This document shows positions 58,861 through 62,559 of a stretch of DNA of 62,559 nt, piece by piece (position 1 is the first letter of the stretch; each line of letters starts with the position of its first letter). The stretch covers positions 1 through 62,559 of the forward strand of contig JBJYWI010000138.1 in assembly GCA_046259385.1 (NCBI GenBank). Direction: 5' to 3'. The notes under the pieces are model-generated. The model saw nothing but the letters and a program-made list of their open reading frames with translations, was not told the DNA's origin and searched no databases. Made by a program: the position numbers and the translations under genes. The stretch comes from Anaerolineales bacterium. GTDB taxonomy: Bacteria > Chloroflexota > Anaerolineae > Anaerolineales > UBA4823.

Positions 58861-60309
58861 TTAAAGCTCAAGCAGGGTACTGTGGATTTCGACCATTGCT
58901 AACGTGTCCAGCGCGCAGTAGGCTTTCAGATCCTCCGCCATCCTTTTTTGCTCTTCCATATCTGTTGAGCGGATCATCGTATCCCAGACCGCCTGGGCGT
59001 CCGAACCGCCGCTCACATTTAAACTCTCGTAGCTCAGCGACGGCACAATAACCGGCAGCACGTTCTTGAGCGAAATCTTGCCCAGGAACCCCGGATGGCT
59101 GTAGTGATATTTAAAGATATCCATCTGGTCTTTAAGCCTTTCTGTTATTGAATTTAAAGCCGAAGCATAACGTGGCAGAAATTCCGCCAGGCTGGCGAGC
59201 ACCCCGCGCTCAAAGGGCGCGTTGTAAACAACTACTGCCCCATGGTCAGCAAACCGGTCCAATAGGGATTCTAGCAATGGGAGCCTGGGATCGGTTTTAT
59301 CCATGTGCAGATATTCAAACTGCTTAAGGGTTCCGTTTTCATACAATATATGCAGGCTGTACTGGAATGGAAACTGCTGGTAAGGTCTCATCCCGGCGAA
59401 CCTTGGGACAGCCGGATCCAATGTCTCAAAATCCAGGAAGTGGATGGGATATTCGTACCCGGAGATGACCTCCCTGACCGCTTTTCTATCGATCTTTACC
59501 TCCCCGTCGAGCACACCCTTAACATATGCCCGCTGCTTCTCTGACAGTGGATAGTCTACCGGCAGATCATTTAAACTGATGCAATTGGAGGATACCAGGT
59601 CGCTTATTTTTTCCTCGCTGAGGCGTGGGATGGTGAAGATGGAGTAATCCGGAACCCCTGCCCAGCAAGTTTCTTTTGCCGGGCACAAGCCGGGTTTGAT
59701 ACAGTGCCTTCCGATTTTAATGCCTGGTTCAGAGTCTTGATTGAGGGTGGTTATAAATGTATCCGCGTTCCTGGCTGTCTCTTCCTGTAGGGCGAGTACC
59801 TGCGAAGTGACATCTTCAAAACTGAATAAATCCGACAGATCGGGATAAACGCAGCCGGAGTTGATATGCATGATTTTGAGGCCTTCGACCGGGATGCCGA
59901 TCTTTGAAAGGACGTGATACTGGAAAGCCAGGTCGGGAAGTTGCACCTCTTTCACATTTGTGGAGGACTTGACCTCCACAACCTTCCAGGAATTATCCCC
60001 CTGCCTGACGAGCACATCGCAGCGGACCCTGAGACCTCCATCTTGAAAAGCGGCTTCAAAGATACACCCTGCGCCGCCATGGATGAGTTCATGAGTCTTC
60101 TTGGCAGCGTCTCTAAAGTCCAAACTTTCAACTAGGATTCCCTCCGGGAAGAGTTCGCGCGCCCACTGCCCGACTTCCATACCCTGCTGTATGATTCTCT
60201 GCTCGCCGAGCGAGGCGGATGCAAGCCGCTCTGGAGCGTGCTCGTCTATCCAGAGCCTCTTGAGGCACTGCAGACCGCTCAAGTATCTGGATTTGGTCAG
60301 GGCTGCCAT
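58861..60309 (-). CDS. DUF2779-type protein: Cas4/RecB-like nuclease domain plus RNase H-like exonuclease domain
   Basis: LTKSRY...QCLKRLW, CDVL...VEVKSS, CIKPGLCPAKETC, LDFET, PFQYSLH, YNAPFE, YCALDT. Confidence 0.75.
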   Translation of the reverse strand: MAALTKSRYLSGLQCLKRLWIDEHAPERLASASLGEQRIIQQGMEVGQWARELFPEGILVESLDFRDAAKKTHELIHGGAGCIFEAAFQDGGLRVRCDVLVRQGDNSWKVVEVKSSTNVKEVQLPDLAFQYHVLSKIGIPVEGLKIMHINSGCVYPDLSDLFSFEDVTSQVLALQEETARNADTFITTLNQDSEPGIKIGRHCIKPGLCPAKETCWAGVPDYSIFTIPRLSEEKISDLVSSNCISLNDLPVDYPLSEKQRAYVKGVLDGEVKIDRKAVREVISGYEYPIHFLDFETLDPAVPRFAGMRPYQQFPFQYSLHILYENGTLKQFEYLHMDKTDPRLPLLESLLDRFADHGAVVVYNAPFERGVLASLAEFLPRYASALNSITERLKDQMDIFKYHYSHPGFLGKISLKNVLPVIVPSLSYESLNVSGGSDAQAVWDTMIRSTDMEEQKRMAEDLKAYCALDTLAMVEIHSTLLEL

Positions 60310-60319
60310 TATCTGTAAC

Positions 60320-60811
60320 TCAAGCAGTTATATTGTGGATCTTTGGATTTACCAGTTTTATATAATCGTCAGATTTTATCGCGATCGAAAACCTTCTGTC
60401 GCCGGCGTTGAAAACAATCTTTTGATTATCCAGCAGTTTTGGGTCAACAAGCACTTCCAGTTCAAACAGATTTCCAAATGGAGGGACCGCTCCCGGCTGA
60501 ACACCATCCGTTATATCCATCACTTCCTCTTCCGTGGCGAACCGGAAATCTTTCGCCTGATAATAGTCTTTTACTTTTTTATTGTCGATTTTTAGATGTG
60601 CAGGCAGGACCAGCATCACAAATACATTATCCCTGGTGGACTTCTTCACCCTGAGGATCAGGGCTTTGGCACCCTGCTGGAGCGAGTACCCCGGCCGGGT
60701 CCTGGCAGCCTGCTCGCTGGTCCTGACTGGCTCGTGTTCAAATGTCTCGTACCACGAACCGGAGTCAGTTAACAGTTTTTGTATTATTTCTGTTACCTGG
60801 TGGTATTTCAT
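60320..60811 (-). CDS. YbaK/ProX family aminoacyl-tRNA editing domain protein
   Basis: EHEPVRTSE, GAKAL, GAVPPFG, FNAG. Confidence 0.85.
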   Translation of the reverse strand: MKYHQVTEIIQKLLTDSGSWYETFEHEPVRTSEQAARTRPGYSLQQGAKALILRVKKSTRDNVFVMLVLPAHLKIDNKKVKDYYQAKDFRFATEEEVMDITDGVQPGAVPPFGNLFELEVLVDPKLLDNQKIVFNAGDRRFSIAIKSDDYIKLVNPKIHNITA

Positions 60812-60932
60812 TATATTGTTATTTCCCTGGAGGTCTATATAAGGTTCACCATTGTTGTTATTGTCGATTTAAGTGTTTATATGTATAAGTATGAGCTATT
60901 TTTCACTATTGTACTTGCTGGAAATTAAAGAA

Positions 60933-60984
60933 AATAAACTACAAAGCCCCGTTCCGTTTATGGAACGGGGCTTTGTAGTTTATT
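60933..60984. terminator. Long perfect hairpin 3' of tRNA-Arg, probably a (bidirectional) terminator
   Basis: 23-bp perfect inverted repeat AATAAACTACAAAGCCCCGTTCC / GGAACGGGGCTTTGTAGTTTATT with a 6-nt loop. Confidence 0.65.
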
Positions 60985-60989
60985 CTCAG

Positions 60990-61063
60990 CGCCCCCGGCG
61001 CGACTCGAACGCGCGACCCCTTACTCCGCAAGCAAGTGCTCTGATCCACTGAGCTACGAGGGC
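60990..61063 (-). tRNA. tRNA-Arg (GCG)
   Basis: Minus strand GCCCTCG...CGGGGGC-G; anticodon stem CTTGC/GTAAG with loop TTGCGGA; D-loop GGA (A20 Arg identity element); TTCGAGT T-loop. Confidence 0.93.
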
Positions 61064-61080
61064 ATTTATTCTAGATTTCC

Positions 61081-61110
61081 ATTTTACCAGTTTACGGGGT
61101 TTTTAATCAA
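61081..61110 (-). promoter_or_regulatory. Promoter for tRNA-Arg
   Basis: TTGATT-18 nt-TAAAAT with an extended TG. Confidence 0.55.
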
Positions 61111-61138
61111 GCGTTACACTAAAATTCGGGTTCCCCGG

Positions 61139-62557
61139 TCAGCCATAGGGCAGCAGTTTACCATCCACATTCAGCGCATTTTCCTCGTCAACCGGGACCT
61201 GAGCGGACCGGATTTTTGAGAGCAAACCTCCCAGATCCAGGATGACCTGTTCGTAATCAATCTCGTCGCGCAGAAAATCGTGTTTAATCCGGTCGCTCTC
61301 TTTCTTTGCTTCATCGATCAGCTGTCGGATAGCCTGGCTGACATCCCTGTTATCCCGCTGGGATTTGCGCAGGTTGTCCCATTTCCTTACAAGTCGAGAA
61401 ATTTCATCCTCCAACTCCTGAACCCGTTCAATCTCCTGTCCTGCTCCAACAGTCTGGCGCTCAAGGTCAACCGCCAGTTTCTGGTAGCGTGTCGAGAACC
61501 CGCCCAGTTTGGCGACCAGGTTAATCGCCCGGGATGGCTGTTTCCGGAGCGATTTCCAGTCCGACTCGAGCCCTTCGTACTGGCTCTGATACGGTTTGAT
61601 CTCGGCGGTGGTGGGCGGCCAGTTGGTCCTTTTGTTTATAAGTTTAACGTAGTCCTTGTACAAACGGCGGGCGTTTTCCCTGTGGTGGCTGGCTTCCCGG
61701 TAACTCTCCAGCACCGGCGATTCGACCTCCTGGAAAGCTCCCAGCACCGCGGCGGCGTTCTGCCATATATCGTTGCTGCGTTTTAAGTGGTTTGGTATTT
61801 TTTCGATCGGGTATCTGCCTTTAGTTCCCAGGCTGTCTCTGGAAGCATCGGCAGCCTTATGGATCAGCCCCCGGGCGTCTGCAACTGCGTTCTCGTCCAG
61901 GTAAAGGTCTTTGTCAAGCACCTCCAGGGAGGATTTGATCAGATTGACTTTCCCGTCGATCGCTTCTTTAAGCTGGTTGAGCCATTTATTGAGGCTGGTT
62001 TCCATCCTGGATAGGGCGGAATCGATGCGCTTTAATTTGGACTCCACGCTGCCGGCACGCCTGTCCTGCAACCCAGCCTCCAATTCCTTTATCTCGGAGA
62101 GGTACCTTTCATTATCTTTCCCTGCAATCTTTGACAGGAATTCATTGCTTCGGACTATGTAGCGGACCTGGCTTAAAGCGCCAGACGCACTCTCTAAGCG
62201 GTTTTTGGCGGTTTTTTCAATCTCTTGAATTTCTTCCAGGCGCCTCGCGACACTGGATATCCTGAGACGCATCTCTCTGTATCCGGCATCCATTTCCCTA
62301 GAATCTGCGAGCAGTGTTCCCAAACCGGTCTCCAGAAGTGGCTGCGGGACGGTATCCGGGACCAGGCGCAGCAGTTCCTTTTCGAGATCGAGCAGGTCCT
62401 CCGGCAGGCTGGACACCGACTCTGTCCGGGGCCAGTTTTCGGCTGCGAATTCCTGCGCTTGGCGGACAGTCTGGTGGACATCCGCCAGCCAGGTGTCAAC
62501 CCCCTGGTATTCCGCTCCTGAGAAGATTTTTTCCAGTTTGACATGTTCCGATTGGAT
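61139..62557 (-). CDS. Large coiled-coil/helical hypothetical protein (5' partial)
   Basis: Frame is open from the window edge to the stop at 61139; charged heptad-like composition. Confidence 0.75.
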   Translation of the reverse strand: MQSEHVKLEKIFSGAEYQGVDTWLADVHQTVRQAQEFAAENWPRTESVSSLPEDLLDLEKELLRLVPDTVPQPLLETGLGTLLADSREMDAGYREMRLRISSVARRLEEIQEIEKTAKNRLESASGALSQVRYIVRSNEFLSKIAGKDNERYLSEIKELEAGLQDRRAGSVESKLKRIDSALSRMETSLNKWLNQLKEAIDGKVNLIKSSLEVLDKDLYLDENAVADARGLIHKAADASRDSLGTKGRYPIEKIPNHLKRSNDIWQNAAAVLGAFQEVESPVLESYREASHHRENARRLYKDYVKLINKRTNWPPTTAEIKPYQSQYEGLESDWKSLRKQPSRAINLVAKLGGFSTRYQKLAVDLERQTVGAGQEIERVQELEDEISRLVRKWDNLRKSQRDNRDVSQAIRQLIDEAKKESDRIKHDFLRDEIDYEQVILDLGGLLSKIRSAQVPVDEENALNVDGKLLPYG

Positions 62558-62559
62558 TG

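Overview
Gene-dense 62.6-kb bacterial chromosomal segment. It is most likely from an anaerobic Chloroflexi (Anaerolineae-like) organism; this is inferred from Thr/Pro-rich surface lipoproteins, a YLPLI-type motif and the gene content, and is not proven. The window opens with the 3' end of an IS-type transposase. Next comes an envelope and peptidase block: LCP, three tandem M42 peptidases, solute-binding lipoproteins, LysM/M23 and PhnC/PhnE-like ABC genes. Housekeeping genes follow (rnhA, fabI, MPG, purB, purA, acpS, mutY, aspA-like, hutI, suhB, surE), together with three tRNAs (Gly-GCC, Cys-GCA and a rare Arg-GCG). The strongest hidden signal is at 24219-25553. Two ORFs there read as one probable selenoprotein, a lipoprotein-anchored DsbA-type oxidoreductase fused to a cyclophilin, with an in-frame UGA forming a U-P-G-C active site and a SECIS-like hairpin just downstream. 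The second candidate system is an Lrp-associated amine/amino-acid catabolic cluster at 42.6-54.1 kb. It holds two saccharopine-dehydrogenase-family enzymes, a cyclodeaminase-family protein, a class III aminotransferase, an aldehyde:ferredoxin oxidoreductase with a MoaD-like carrier, and an FAD oxidoreductase with a Cys-depleted Fe-S partner. Other observations include a MITE-like element, an internally deleted aminotransferase pseudogene, probable leaderless genes and a Cas4-like/DUF2779 nuclease near tRNA-Arg. All functional calls come from motif recognition by eye; no database searches were run.
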